Virus record (IMG/VR): IMGVR_UViG_3300042519_002505
Span: 1-32,035 of that record
Reading direction: 5' to 3' (one strand)
Length of the DNA stretch: 32,035 nucleotides
From: a virus
Lineage: Duplodnaviria; Caudoviricetes
Under the pieces are notes generated by a model. The model had not been told where the DNA came from. It did no database searches and saw only the letters and a program-made list of their open reading frames with translations. Positions 1 through 8,700 of this stretch are shown piece after piece (positions within the stretch are counted from its first letter, which is position 1; each line of letters starts with the position of its first letter). Made by a program: the position numbers and the translations under genes.

Positions 1-34
1 CCACGTCTAGGTCTGCTATGTCAATTTGTTTCAT
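1..34 (-). CDS. 5' end of the next gene of the glycosyltransferase operon (partial; [11 protein letters not shown]...)
   Basis: ATG at 34-32 overlaps the end of the upstream 21..356 gene by 14 nt, and the frame is open to the window edge. Only 11 codons are visible, so the function cannot be assigned. Confidence 0.55.
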   Translation of the reverse strand, partial: MKQIDIADLDV

Positions 35-356
35 AAGTTTTCTTGGTCCATTTTTGATGGGGCTTGTGCTCACTGACGATTACAGCAACATTGCGAAGAT
101 CGCAAGGAGTTCCAGAGTCAGCGGGCACAAGTTTCGTGGTTGTTTTCCACACACGTGGTATTAGTTTTTCATCACGCACACACACATGCATGGGGCTACG
201 AGCAAAGGTGTCTGCGTCTATTTCAATGTATGTACCTGGCACATCATCCATGCTGTAAAATAATGGTCGGCCATCAGAGTCATAGTACAATCGATAGGTC
301 AGTGGCTGTGTTTCAGGCACTGCATGCAGTATGCTCCAGAATTCATCAGGTATCAT
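21..356 (-). CDS. Small hypothetical protein (111 aa) in the glycosyltransferase operon, weakly reminiscent of tail-fibre-assembly small proteins
   Basis: The ORF track gives 21..395. The ATG at 356 forms an ATGA overlap with the stop of 353..1114, so MIPDEFW... is the likelier start. Motif: YRLYYDSDG...YIEID...VRDEKLI. Confidence 0.7.
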   Translation of the reverse strand: MIPDEFWSILHAVPETQPLTYRLYYDSDGRPLFYSMDDVPGTYIEIDADTFARSPMHVCVRDEKLIPRVWKTTTKLVPADSGTPCDLRNVAVIVSEHKPHQKWTKKTYETN

Positions 357-1114
357 GACTGCCAGTCCTTGACGTGATAATGGAATGCACCCCATTGGGC
401 CATGGTATTGATTCGCAAGGGATCATGTTCCCAGGTCAGTTCGTTGGTCCACTGATCTGTTGTGCCTGCGTGATGCGGTTTCATGTGAACAATTTGTGGA
501 TATGTAGCAAAGGGCATGGTAACTCTGTGTTCACCCATGATCTGTGCAGCCATGGCGTACACCAAATCGGTGTCTGCTGTGACCGGCGCAAACTTTATCA
601 GTGTGCGAACGTGTTCCCAGTTGGCAAATATATCTCGTACTAGATCAAAGAATTCTTTGGCAGTTTCACTCAGACGCCAGTATGTAACAGCGTTGTACAC
701 ATCCGGCAAATGGTTTTGATCAAACACTTGGCGATAATGACGCACGGCACTGATATCGCCGTGCCAGTTTCTACAGCCTGTGCTGATCACAACATCACGG
801 TGTCTAAACAGATCCCACCAGTGTTCAATAGGACTGGCTATCAGCATGTCTGCTTCCAGCTTGATTGTTTCACGAAACGGCGTTAACTGAAATACTGCTG
901 CGTCATTGGCATAGGCATTGTCTGATACCGCCGGCAGCACATGCACATAATCAAACACAGGATCCTCTACTGGCTGATCTGTGATCAAGCATACTCTTGC
1001 AGCAGGATGCTGTGTCTTTAGACTTTGAACCAGCATGGCAGCGCAACGAACATAGTCAACTGTGGCAGTGTTGACTGCTACCACAACATAACCTTGTTCT
1101 TCAATGGGCCGCAA
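353..1114 (-). CDS. Putative GT-A fold glycosyltransferase (GT8-like / nucleotide-diphospho-sugar transferase), paralog 2
   Basis: N-terminal beta-alpha-beta pattern ([28 protein letters not shown]), [13 protein letters not shown] (ExD in the DxD position) and late His motifs (IVHMK, FHYHVK). TTG start overlapping the upstream gene. Confidence 0.75.
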   Translation of the reverse strand: MRPIEEQGYVVVAVNTATVDYVRCAAMLVQSLKTQHPAARVCLITDQPVEDPVFDYVHVLPAVSDNAYANDAAVFQLTPFRETIKLEADMLIASPIEHWWDLFRHRDVVISTGCRNWHGDISAVRHYRQVFDQNHLPDVYNAVTYWRLSETAKEFFDLVRDIFANWEHVRTLIKFAPVTADTDLVYAMAAQIMGEHRVTMPFATYPQIVHMKPHHAGTTDQWTNELTWEHDPLRINTMAQWGAFHYHVKDWQS

Positions 1115-1913
1115 TTATGTTCTCCAGGTGCTGTTTGCCCATGGCATGAAAATCTGTGCAGCGCCAATGAATGTGCTTGAGTCGGTTGTCTGTGTCGTGA
1201 TATGTAATACTGTATGCATCGGTTTCGTTGGCAACTCCGGCCAGCACAGTGTCTGGCATCACAGTCATCAAGGGCCAGGGTATTTCATCTACCCGGCCTG
1301 TGTGGCCGCTCACAATTCCCAGAGCAATACTCAAGGCAAAATCATTACGATAGGTCTTTTTGTCAATGCCATACAATGCTCGGTAATGTTCCCAGTTGTT
1401 TTGAATCATTTGCATGCAGTCAAATATATATTGTGCAGTGTTTGATCGACGAAACATCATCACTGTGGCCCACCACATGGGCATGCTATGCTGCCCAAAA
1501 ACATTGAGTCCCTTTAAAGGATATCCGGTGTTCATGTTGATGGCTGATCGGTGGCACACAAAGTCTGTGTTGTATTCCAAGATTAATTTTAAATCAGAGC
1601 AGGCTACTACATAGTCAGCGTCCAAGACCAAGGTGTGATCCCAGGGTGTTAGATTGTATGCATTGACTCTACCGGCGTTGTGCCAGGTCACTGTGCTGGC
1701 ATAATCTTCGAACCAGCGTGTTCCGCCGGACTCAGCTGTTGCGTGTACCACTTGATCAAAGGCCTTGAGTCTGGGATCTGCAGGATCTGCATCAGTGACC
1801 ACTGCAACAGGAATGTTCAAGTGCCGACGAATGTTTTCAGCACTCCAGGCCGCCATTCGTACATAATCAGTAGCTTCATTGTTGAAGGCAAATATCAGTG
1901 CTCCTGTGGTCAT
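1101..1913 (-). CDS. Putative GT-A fold glycosyltransferase (GT8-like), paralog 1
   Basis: GALIFAFN..DYVRMA..SAENIRRH..VAVVTD, TPWDHTLVLDADY (canonical DxD), RNDFALSIA and C-terminal FHAMGK. ATGA-coupled to the upstream gene. Confidence 0.8.
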   Translation of the reverse strand: MTTGALIFAFNNEATDYVRMAAWSAENIRRHLNIPVAVVTDADPADPRLKAFDQVVHATAESGGTRWFEDYASTVTWHNAGRVNAYNLTPWDHTLVLDADYVVACSDLKLILEYNTDFVCHRSAINMNTGYPLKGLNVFGQHSMPMWWATVMMFRRSNTAQYIFDCMQMIQNNWEHYRALYGIDKKTYRNDFALSIALGIVSGHTGRVDEIPWPLMTVMPDTVLAGVANETDAYSITYHDTDNRLKHIHWRCTDFHAMGKQHLENIIAAH

Positions 1914-2215
1914 CGCTGTTGACGTTGTTGGTCAAATTCCACCAGCCAAGCATTCATTTGCTCTTGCCATAACTGCATGGCCAGTCCTCTTAGCTGTTCA
2001 GGATTGACCTGTACCGGTGTTTCGTACAGGTCTTGCAGCACCGCATCACCCGGAGGCACAGTGGCCAGCAGCACAAGCAGTTCAGGTCCAGCACGCCACA
2101 TTCCGCCGTTGTGGGCAAACAGCATGCGGGCTTGGTATTTTTCTTTGAGCACACGGCGTGCAGTCACATGATCAAACCGTGTTCGTGCGTGGGCAATTAA
2201 AGCATCAGTATCCAT
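1910..2215 (-). CDS. Hypothetical protein (101 aa), first gene of the glycosyltransferase operon; possibly tail-fibre-assembly/chaperone-like
   Basis: Clean ORF directly downstream of a sigma70-like promoter, with an ATGA overlap with the next gene. The DLYETPVQVNPEQLRGL segment loosely recalls DUF4376-type proteins (weak). Confidence 0.7.
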   Translation of the reverse strand: MDTDALIAHARTRFDHVTARRVLKEKYQARMLFAHNGGMWRAGPELLVLLATVPPGDAVLQDLYETPVQVNPEQLRGLAMQLWQEQMNAWLVEFDQQRQQR

Positions 2216-2220
2216 GATGT

Positions 2221-2249
2221 ATTATACAACAAATCCAGATAAAAGTAAA
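2221..2249 (-). promoter_or_regulatory. Sigma70-type promoter: -35 TTTACT (2249-2244), 17-bp spacer, -10 TATAAT (2226-2221); predicts a leaderless mRNA
   Basis: Perfect -10 box, 4/6 match at -35 and optimal 17-nt spacing. Only 5 nt (ACATC) separate the -10 box from the ATG at 2215, and there is no Shine-Dalgarno sequence. Confidence 0.75.
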
Positions 2250-2267
2250 GGGGCAACTGCCCCTTTT
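2241..2267 (-). terminator. Rho-independent terminator ending the late structural transcript (potentially bidirectional)
   Basis: The minus strand reads AAAAGGGGC-AGTT-GCCCC-TTTACTTTT just after the TAA of 2270..3238. The plus strand also has a T4 tract after the stem. Confidence 0.85.
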
Positions 2268-2269
2268 GG

Positions 2270-3238
2270 TTAAGCTGTTGTGGCAGCCACAGTGGGTGTG
2301 CCCCAGCTTGCACTGGTCAGATATGTTGTGCTAGGTGGAGTATAGGTGCAAATTGTGGTGGGTGCTGTGCCCGGAGTTGCGCCCGAACTTGCTGTACCAC
2401 CCGAAATTGGATCTCCATCAGCAGCACTCCAGAGTGTTGTAAATGTCAACACAGTAGATCCTGCATTGAGAGCCACTGAATGTTGAATGAAGTTTGATGT
2501 GTACGGAGCTGTGTCAGCAAACTGTTTGTAAATGATTGTGGCTGCTGCTCCAGGTGTTAGTGCATAAAAACCTGTTGCAGTGCTTAGTGTGTTGGGTACG
2601 CCTGTTCCGCCAATTTTGGTTGTTCCTGTGTAACTAACCGCTGCAATTGTGTGGGCTGCTGCTGCGCCTGAGAAAAAGATCACACCGGCAAGTGTGTTGG
2701 CCAAGTCATTCCATTCAGGATCGCCCAGGGCGCCAGTGGCTGTTTTGCTGGTTTGTAACTTGATTAGGCCGCCACCATTGAAGAAATGCCTTGCGGCTGC
2801 TGCGCTGGCAAATGTCACTGTGTTGGTAAAGGTGATGTTCCAGGTTGCGCCAGAAGTGGCAGCAGTCTTTGAGTTGGTTCCGGTGTAGCCCGTGAATTGT
2901 GATCCCACAGCCACAGCATTGTTTCTATTGGTGGTAATGTTGGTCAAGTCAGTATTGAGTGCTGCCAGTACAGCAATCAAGGTACCTGTTGTGGGGGCTG
3001 TTCTTGCAGTGATTGCTGTGCCAGTTTGACTGCCCATGCTTGATATGGTGTTGACCAGGCTGGCCCAGTTTGTGGCAGTAACTACTCCGCCTGTGCTCAC
3101 AGTGCTTAGTGCTGTTTGTCCCCAACCTTTGTCCCCAGACCCTGTGCTCCAGATGTCATTGACATTGGCGCCGGCCGTGGTACTGGCAAAACCGTTGAAG
3201 TCGGTAGCTTGTATTAGTCCACCTGATGAATATGCCAT
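2270..3238 (-). CDS. Thr/Ala/Gly/Ser-rich tail-fibre or receptor-binding-like virion protein (322 aa)
   Basis: Follows the tail-fibre gene and has an AGGA RBS. Composition is beta-rich with few charged residues. Motifs: MAYSSGGLIQATDFN, VTATNWASL, VTFASAAAARHFFNGGG. Confidence 0.65.
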   Translation of the reverse strand: MAYSSGGLIQATDFNGFASTTAGANVNDIWSTGSGDKGWGQTALSTVSTGGVVTATNWASLVNTISSMGSQTGTAITARTAPTTGTLIAVLAALNTDLTNITTNRNNAVAVGSQFTGYTGTNSKTAATSGATWNITFTNTVTFASAAAARHFFNGGGLIKLQTSKTATGALGDPEWNDLANTLAGVIFFSGAAAAHTIAAVSYTGTTKIGGTGVPNTLSTATGFYALTPGAAATIIYKQFADTAPYTSNFIQHSVALNAGSTVLTFTTLWSAADGDPISGGTASSGATPGTAPTTICTYTPPSTTYLTSASWGTPTVAATTA

Positions 3239-3252
3239 TGTTTGTTTCCTGT

Positions 3253-4998
3253 TTAGTTCTTGATTGTCACAATAGCTTCAATTGTACCTGATTCGGGGGT
3301 GGTCTTGTCAACCAGGCTTCGTCCAATCACATTGAACGCAGTGGCTTCACCAGGTTGTGCTGCTCTTGCAATACCGTCTCCGGCTGCAACCAATCGATCA
3401 CCCTTGCGGATATATCCAGTAACTTTGACAGGTACACGTCCAGTCATGGCCACTTTGGGGTGAGTATCGTCTTCGCCAGCGCCACCGTTCATGGTATAAG
3501 CTGGTCTTGTACTTATGACGCCAAACACTTTTTCACTCAGTGCAGTAAGACTTCGTGTGATTTCTTGTGTGCCGCCCAGTTCAACCACTGTACCTGGCTC
3601 CAACAATTCATCTGATGCAAAACGTTCTGCAACGTCAGCGTACAGTGCTGTGGTGGCCTGCGCAAACACCTGGTTGAAGTAGTTGCTTGAACTACCAATA
3701 TTGCCCACGGCGTTGGTACCTGTCTTGGCAATTGAAGCCACGCTTACCACGTTGGCATAAACTGTGCTGGTGTCAATGACCACAACGTTTGACACGCCGC
3801 CAACGTTGAAGTTGATGTTGCCGTTGGTAACGCCAACGTTGCCTTCTGTGGTACCGTTCACAAACTTGGTAACACTAACACCCAGGCTCAGGCCTGTGAG
3901 TTGTGATCCGTTGCCTAGGAAAAATTGCCCAGCAACGTTGGCTACTGATGTAATGTTACCTGTTGCACTAATTAAGCCGCTGGTGCGCAAGTTGCCTGAA
4001 TCAACGTTGCCGCTGGCCACAATTGACACACCGGAAACTGCTGCAACACTAACCACATTGCCGCCGCGTACATTACCAGTTGCAGAAACATTTCCAGCAG
4101 TGTTAATATTACCACCAGTGACATTGCCTGTCACAGTTGCTAGACCTGCTGTTGAAATATTTCCACCAGTGATGTTGGCTGTGGCCACAACGCTCACTCC
4201 AGAAATTGCTGCAATACTAATCACATTGCCACCAGTGACATTGCCTGTTGCAGTTACCAAACCAGCTGTGCTAACATTGCCGCCAGTGACATTGCCAGTA
4301 ACACTTTGAAAACCAGTTGTGTAAACACCAGTGCTACTAACTATTTGTGTTGTTGCGCCGCCTGATGTAATAACAACATTGCCTGTGTTTCTAACATTGC
4401 CGGCCATCACAGTATCTGCTGAGTTGCTGATTGTGATACCTTTGTAGATTGTGGGGAACAGTGTGGAAGTAGGAGCGGCAGCAGTAAAGTTTGCATCTTT
4501 ACTCACAATAGCAACACGGGTACCAGCCACATACAGGCCAGTTACAAAGTGTGGTGTTGCTGTGTTGTCATTGACAGTTTCAGGAATTGCACCAGCTGTA
4601 CCTTCAGTTGAAGTAAATGCAGGGCCCACAACAATAAAACTAGAACCAGTATAGACTTTGACCTGTTGATTTGTGGTATCGTACCACAGGTCGCCAGTTA
4701 CGTTTGACGCTGGCGCAGTAGCACTTGCTGTTGCTGCACTGATAGTTTTGAATGTGGTACCATTGTAGACCTTGAGCAAGGTGTTGGTTTTGTCCCACCA
4801 CAATTGACCAGTTAACGGAGCAGCAGGTGCTGTGGTGTTTGAGCCATTTTCCAGCAAGTGGATAAAGTTTTCATCCAAAAACTCTCCGTAGCCTGCATAG
4901 TTCTTGCCCACCAGTGTCATGCTACTAGCAGTATTAACTGTGCCGTCGTTGACGGTAGCAAAAACTGTGCCGTCGGTTAGATTGATTGTATATGCCAT
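3253..4998 (-). CDS. Tail fibre protein (581 aa) with GNV/IT repeats and a C-terminal intramolecular-chaperone-like domain
   Basis: N-terminal LENG..APAAPLTGQLWWD and GDLWYD fibre motifs, tandem TGNVTGGN repeats, and C-terminal YADVAERF...PGTVV..GG...GVIST.PAY.MN...VAMTGRVPVKV.G.I.KGD.LV. AGGA RBS. Confidence 0.8.
   Translation of the reverse strand: MAYTINLTDGTVFATVNDGTVNTASSMTLVGKNYAGYGEFLDENFIHLLENGSNTTAPAAPLTGQLWWDKTNTLLKVYNGTTFKTISAATASATAPASNVTGDLWYDTTNQQVKVYTGSSFIVVGPAFTSTEGTAGAIPETVNDNTATPHFVTGLYVAGTRVAIVSKDANFTAAAPTSTLFPTIYKGITISNSADTVMAGNVRNTGNVVITSGGATTQIVSSTGVYTTGFQSVTGNVTGGNVSTAGLVTATGNVTGGNVISIAAISGVSVVATANITGGNISTAGLATVTGNVTGGNINTAGNVSATGNVRGGNVVSVAAVSGVSIVASGNVDSGNLRTSGLISATGNITSVANVAGQFFLGNGSQLTGLSLGVSVTKFVNGTTEGNVGVTNGNINFNVGGVSNVVVIDTSTVYANVVSVASIAKTGTNAVGNIGSSSNYFNQVFAQATTALYADVAERFASDELLEPGTVVELGGTQEITRSLTALSEKVFGVISTRPAYTMNGGAGEDDTHPKVAMTGRVPVKVTGYIRKGDRLVAAGDGIARAAQPGEATAFNVIGRSLVDKTTPESGTIEAIVTIKN
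3967..4302 (-). repeat. Coding tandem repeat in the tail fibre: units of 17-22-17-17-22-17 aa (a duplicated 56-aa/168-bp higher-order unit)
   Basis: VTGNVTGGNVSTAGLVT / ATGNVTGGNVISIAAISGVSVV / ATANITGGNISTAGLAT / VTGNVTGGNINTAGNVS / ATGNVRGGNVVSVAAVSGVSIV / ASGNVDSGNLRTSGLIS. The DNA motif ccagtgacattgcc recurs. Confidence 0.85.
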
Positions 4999-5016
4999 GT
5001 CGGTTTCCTATTTCAA

Positions 5017-5024
5017 TATTTATA
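5017..5024 (-). promoter_or_regulatory. T4-type late promoter consensus TATAAATA upstream of the tail-fibre gene
   Basis: Exact TATAAATA overlapping the upstream stop codon, followed by an AGGA RBS and the ATG at 4998. Confidence 0.65.
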
Positions 5025-5625
5025 CAGCATTGATATTGCTCAATGTCTGAATTCTCACTGTGTAATCAATTTGAATCTGGCGATTCAAACTTTTTTGTAC
5101 TGGGTGGAAGATCACATGAGTGATCAGGCGCAAATTATCAGCAGCACCATTCCAGGATTTAAGTCCAAGCTCATCAAACACATACTCACCGTCAAAATTG
5201 GTTGAGTTGTCAAAGGCCTGTTGTTCCGGGGGTTCACCGTAGTCCAACAAACATGTCACAAGAATGTCAGTGTAAACATTGCCTGCTGTGTGTAGCACAG
5301 TCATTTTGTTGTTGGTGGGATCAGTGTCTGCTGCTGAATTGTCATTTACCACTTTAGCATAAGTTTGATTGTACAAGTCAGCATTTTGTCCTGTGGTATT
5401 TGGGGGCAAGTAGGTGATCACGCCGGTGGGGTCAACTGAGCTTCCGCCATTACCAAATGCCATTTGATAGATATAACCCAGGTTACGATCACTTAGTGTC
5501 TGAGCCATGGCCACGGAGATATTTTCGTAATGAATAGCATTCTTTTTGTCTACCAGGACTTCACCTGTGGCGGGATCAGTGATCTTGACAAATCCTTCAA
5601 TTTTACACAAACCCGACGTTATCAT
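5020..5625 (-). CDS. Virion structural protein (201 aa), possibly a baseplate/fibre-attachment protein
   Basis: Lies between the giant baseplate protein and the tail fibre. The MAFGNGG...FDELGL...LITHVIFHPVQKS...IDYTVRI pattern resembles fibre-attachment (DUF3751-like) domains. Confidence 0.65.
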   Translation of the reverse strand: MITSGLCKIEGFVKITDPATGEVLVDKKNAIHYENISVAMAQTLSDRNLGYIYQMAFGNGGSSVDPTGVITYLPPNTTGQNADLYNQTYAKVVNDNSAADTDPTNNKMTVLHTAGNVYTDILVTCLLDYGEPPEQQAFDNSTNFDGEYVFDELGLKSWNGAADNLRLITHVIFHPVQKSLNRQIQIDYTVRIQTLSNINAV

Positions 5626-5771
5626 GCTCGCCCCTCCACGTATGTTTTCTGTGTTTTTGGATCAAAAATTCTCATGTGGGCCTGTACGGATACTGACCCA
5701 GTTTCGTTGGGCTTGCGAGGTTTTTCCTCTTTTTTGAGCTCAACCGTTTGTGTAGACTGTGTGTTTGGCAT
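5622..5771 (-). CDS. Small 49-aa protein not in the ORF track (MPNTQSTQTVELKKEEKPRKPNETGSVSVQAHMRIFDPKTQKTYVEGRA)
   Basis: Translated by hand. It fills the gap exactly, has TAAATA 7 nt upstream of the ATG and overlaps the next gene by ATGA. Its C-terminal half resembles the N-terminus of the next gene. Confidence 0.8.
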   Translation of the reverse strand: MPNTQSTQTVELKKEEKPRKPNETGSVSVQAHMRIFDPKTQKTYVEGRA

Positions 5772-5778
5772 GATAGTT

Positions 5779-5784
5779 TATTTA
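5779..5784 (-). promoter_or_regulatory. Late-promoter-like TAAATA motif
   Basis: GGTAAATAAACTATC-ATG in the 19-bp gap after the giant gene. Confidence 0.55.
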
Positions 5785-5790
5785 CCTAGT

Positions 5791-8700
5791 TTAAAAGCCG
5801 CGCAAAAACCTTGCGGCCTGAGTGTCTGTGTCTTGCAGCGCAATACCGTCGCTGGCTTCGTTCGCACCCTGCTGATACCAAGTTACGCCCTGACGCACTA
5901 GAATTGTGACTTCAACTCCTGCTGCAGGTGCTTGGTAGCCAGGCACTGCAAAGTCCACTGCCAACGGATCATAATCAGTTACAAACCAGCGATAACGACT
6001 GGTAGCGGTAGTGTCGCTGTAGGCATATTGTCGAATTCCGCCCACATAAACTTCTACAGCCGGACGCTCGCTGCTGGAATCCAAGAAGTCTTCAAACAAG
6101 ATGCTGGGTGCGTAGAACACGCTGGTTGAACCGTCGCCTAGTGTGGAATCGCTCACAATATAGTCCTGATACTGTTCAGGCAACAAGTTGCCACGTCCAA
6201 TATCATATACTTCTGCGCCGCTTAGGTGGGCTGATGCACCTGTTCCTAGTGTGCCTCGCATCAGCCCAGAGATGGTGTTGAGAGCCGTATTTCTTTCGCG
6301 ATACATGATACGTTCTCCGTCAATGGTTATCGCTCCAAAAATACCCAAGGCCAAGTTAGGATCGCTCAGAGCAGCAGCATTAGCCACATACGCAATGTTG
6401 TCTGTGGCTGAAAGATTTTGTGCTAGTGTTGTGGTGGTTGCGTCGGTAATTCTGTAGGTTGCCTGAACTCCGCGCATGTCCTGAAACACTCTAAACGCCA
6501 TGGCTTCTGGTACTATGCTGTTGGTAAACTCAGTGACTACCAGCACCTGCGCAGCGCCAATGGCTCCTGTAGCCAGGATCAGGTAGCCGTTTTCAACCAC
6601 ATAATCTGCACCTTCGAACAGTCTGTAACCATCCAGTGTGACCCACAGTCTGCCAGCAGCCACTGGATCACGTTGTAGGTAGAAGTCGTTGGTGGCTATG
6701 AGCACACCAGCTGAATAATCATAAGATCCTGGAGCTTCGGATACAGCACCTTCGTCATATGTGGTACTGTCATAAGGTTCGCTTACAGTAAGACCAGTAA
6801 AGATTGGGCCCAGGAATACCAGGCTCAGTGCGTTTTGCTGTGCAGTATCATTCCAGGTAGTGACAGCAACAACATCATCAAGGTTGATTGCAGATATAAC
6901 CTGCAATGATTGACCAACTACATCAAAGTCTGCTTCAGTGTTCACTGTGATCAAGATTCTTGACCCGCTGGCAGGTGGTGTTGTAAACACCACTTGTCGA
7001 CCAGGCGTGTTTGAACCTGTCCAGTTTGTGACACTGTATGATCCCACGGTTGCACCCACGCTTTGAACTTGCAGGATGTTGTCAACCCAGACCACAACGT
7101 CAGTAGGTGCATTGATAATGTTTTGTTGGTAGCCGCCGCGCTGCGGCAATCCAAAGCTGACACTTGAGTCGTCGCCTAACCATTCAATACCTTCTGGAGG
7201 CGTCAGGCGCAGACCGTTGCGTGTGACAATCATGTTGGCTGGGTTGGTACCGCTGGCGCTATTGGTCAACACAAATGTTTTTGTAGTAGCGTCTGCAGAC
7301 GTAACCACAAAATACTGCACCTGTGGTGTGCTCCAGCTGTAGGCTGTGGTTGCTTTTCCTGTGCCAGTACCAATGCCAGTTGCAGTAAACACAGTGCCCA
7401 CAGTGTTTGCAGCAGCACCTATGGCAACAAAGTTGGTGGTACCCACTGTAGAAATAGTGTATTGTTGGCCAATTACAAAATTGCCAGCAATCACAGTGGT
7501 CAGCCCCAGAGCGGTCAGCGAAATACCTGCGCCTGGTCCAGGACTGGTGCCAAGATCAACTTGTGATTCCAGGGTGGGCACAAACAGCAGCCAGTAGGCC
7601 ACGTCAGTAATGGCCACACCCTGTGGTACTGCCTGAATTGCTCGGTAGAAGTTGCCACTGTTGTTGACAACATCTAGTTTGTCATAGGTGTCAAGAATGT
7701 CCCAGTTGGTACTGGCTATGTAGGGTTCCCAGGTAACTCCGCTGATGGCTTCACCGTTGATAAACACAGCCATGATATTGATTTCTGCGCTGTTGACTGG
7801 AATAATCACGGTTTGACCAGTGACACTACCCGCATAGTTGGCACGATACAACTGATTGCCGCCGCCCAGTTCGTACACGCTGATGTTGATACCGTTACCG
7901 TTGGCTACTGTGAGCAGGGTAATAGTTTGGTTTTCCCAATCAACAGAGTAGTCTATTCCGCTGGCAAGATCTAGTCCAGTGGTCTGATTGCTGACCAGGA
8001 TTTGCACAGGATGTTCGACAACCCCAGACCAGCTGTAGGTATCAGTAACAGCCGCTTCGTAGGTGTAGCGTATGCTGGTCAACTGGAATCCATGTCCATC
8101 ACGATTCCAATCTGCGCCCGGGCGAGTGTACACTCGCATGTCTAGCGTGTCAAATTCAGCACCGTTGACCAATTCTTCAGGAGCATGTCCTTCGTAGAGT
8201 CCTACGAATTGGCCGCCATCTGCATTGATACTGGTAGGCAAGGTACCCAGAGTTAGGTCTGTAAATTCGCTGGTGTAGTCTGCGTCCACAGCCAGTGGAT
8301 CACGCAGGAAGTAATCGCCATAAACTTGTACACCAGGATAGCTAACTCCGTCAATCAAGAGTGGCAATTCAAGTCCAGGTTGGTTAACACCTGGCACATA
8401 CAGGCCCATGGTACGGTCAACACCTGTTAGTCCATACGGCCCAGTACCGTAGTTGAATGTGGCAGCATTTACTAGAGTCCAGTCTTCAAGATTGAATGTT
8501 GGTCCCACAACCGCAGTACTTGTGCTGCTGGCAGCTTGCCACACACGATCATCGTATCGAACCAACTGGCCATCTTGATACGTTCCGTCGGTGTTCCAGT
8601 CTCTTACGTCTGAAAAATACTGAAAACGGTCATAACGTATCACAGTACGGAAAGATCTTGCCAGAGTATAAGAATCCACAGTGGTTGGGACCACTGAAGC

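Noticed and set aside
357-395. N-terminal extension ([13 protein letters not shown]) of the 21..395 ORF
   Set aside because: It overlaps the upstream glycosyltransferase by 43 nt. The ATG at 356 gives the ATGA coupling seen elsewhere in the operon.
3967-4302. Repeated DNA motif considered as a CRISPR array or DGR template/variable repeat
   Set aside because: The repeats are in-frame degenerate coding units with no unique spacers. There are no adenine-specific mismatch pairs and no reverse transcriptase or cas gene in the window.
3764-4309. 181-aa plus-strand ORF with LPPVTLPV repeats
   Set aside because: It is the antisense shadow of the tail-fibre GNVTGG repeats, with no RBS or independent evidence.
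5530-5901. Plus-strand ORFs (123 aa and 63 aa) spanning the gap after the giant gene
   Set aside because: They overlap minus-strand genes in antisense. The gap is better explained by the 49-aa minus-strand ORF at 5622..5771.
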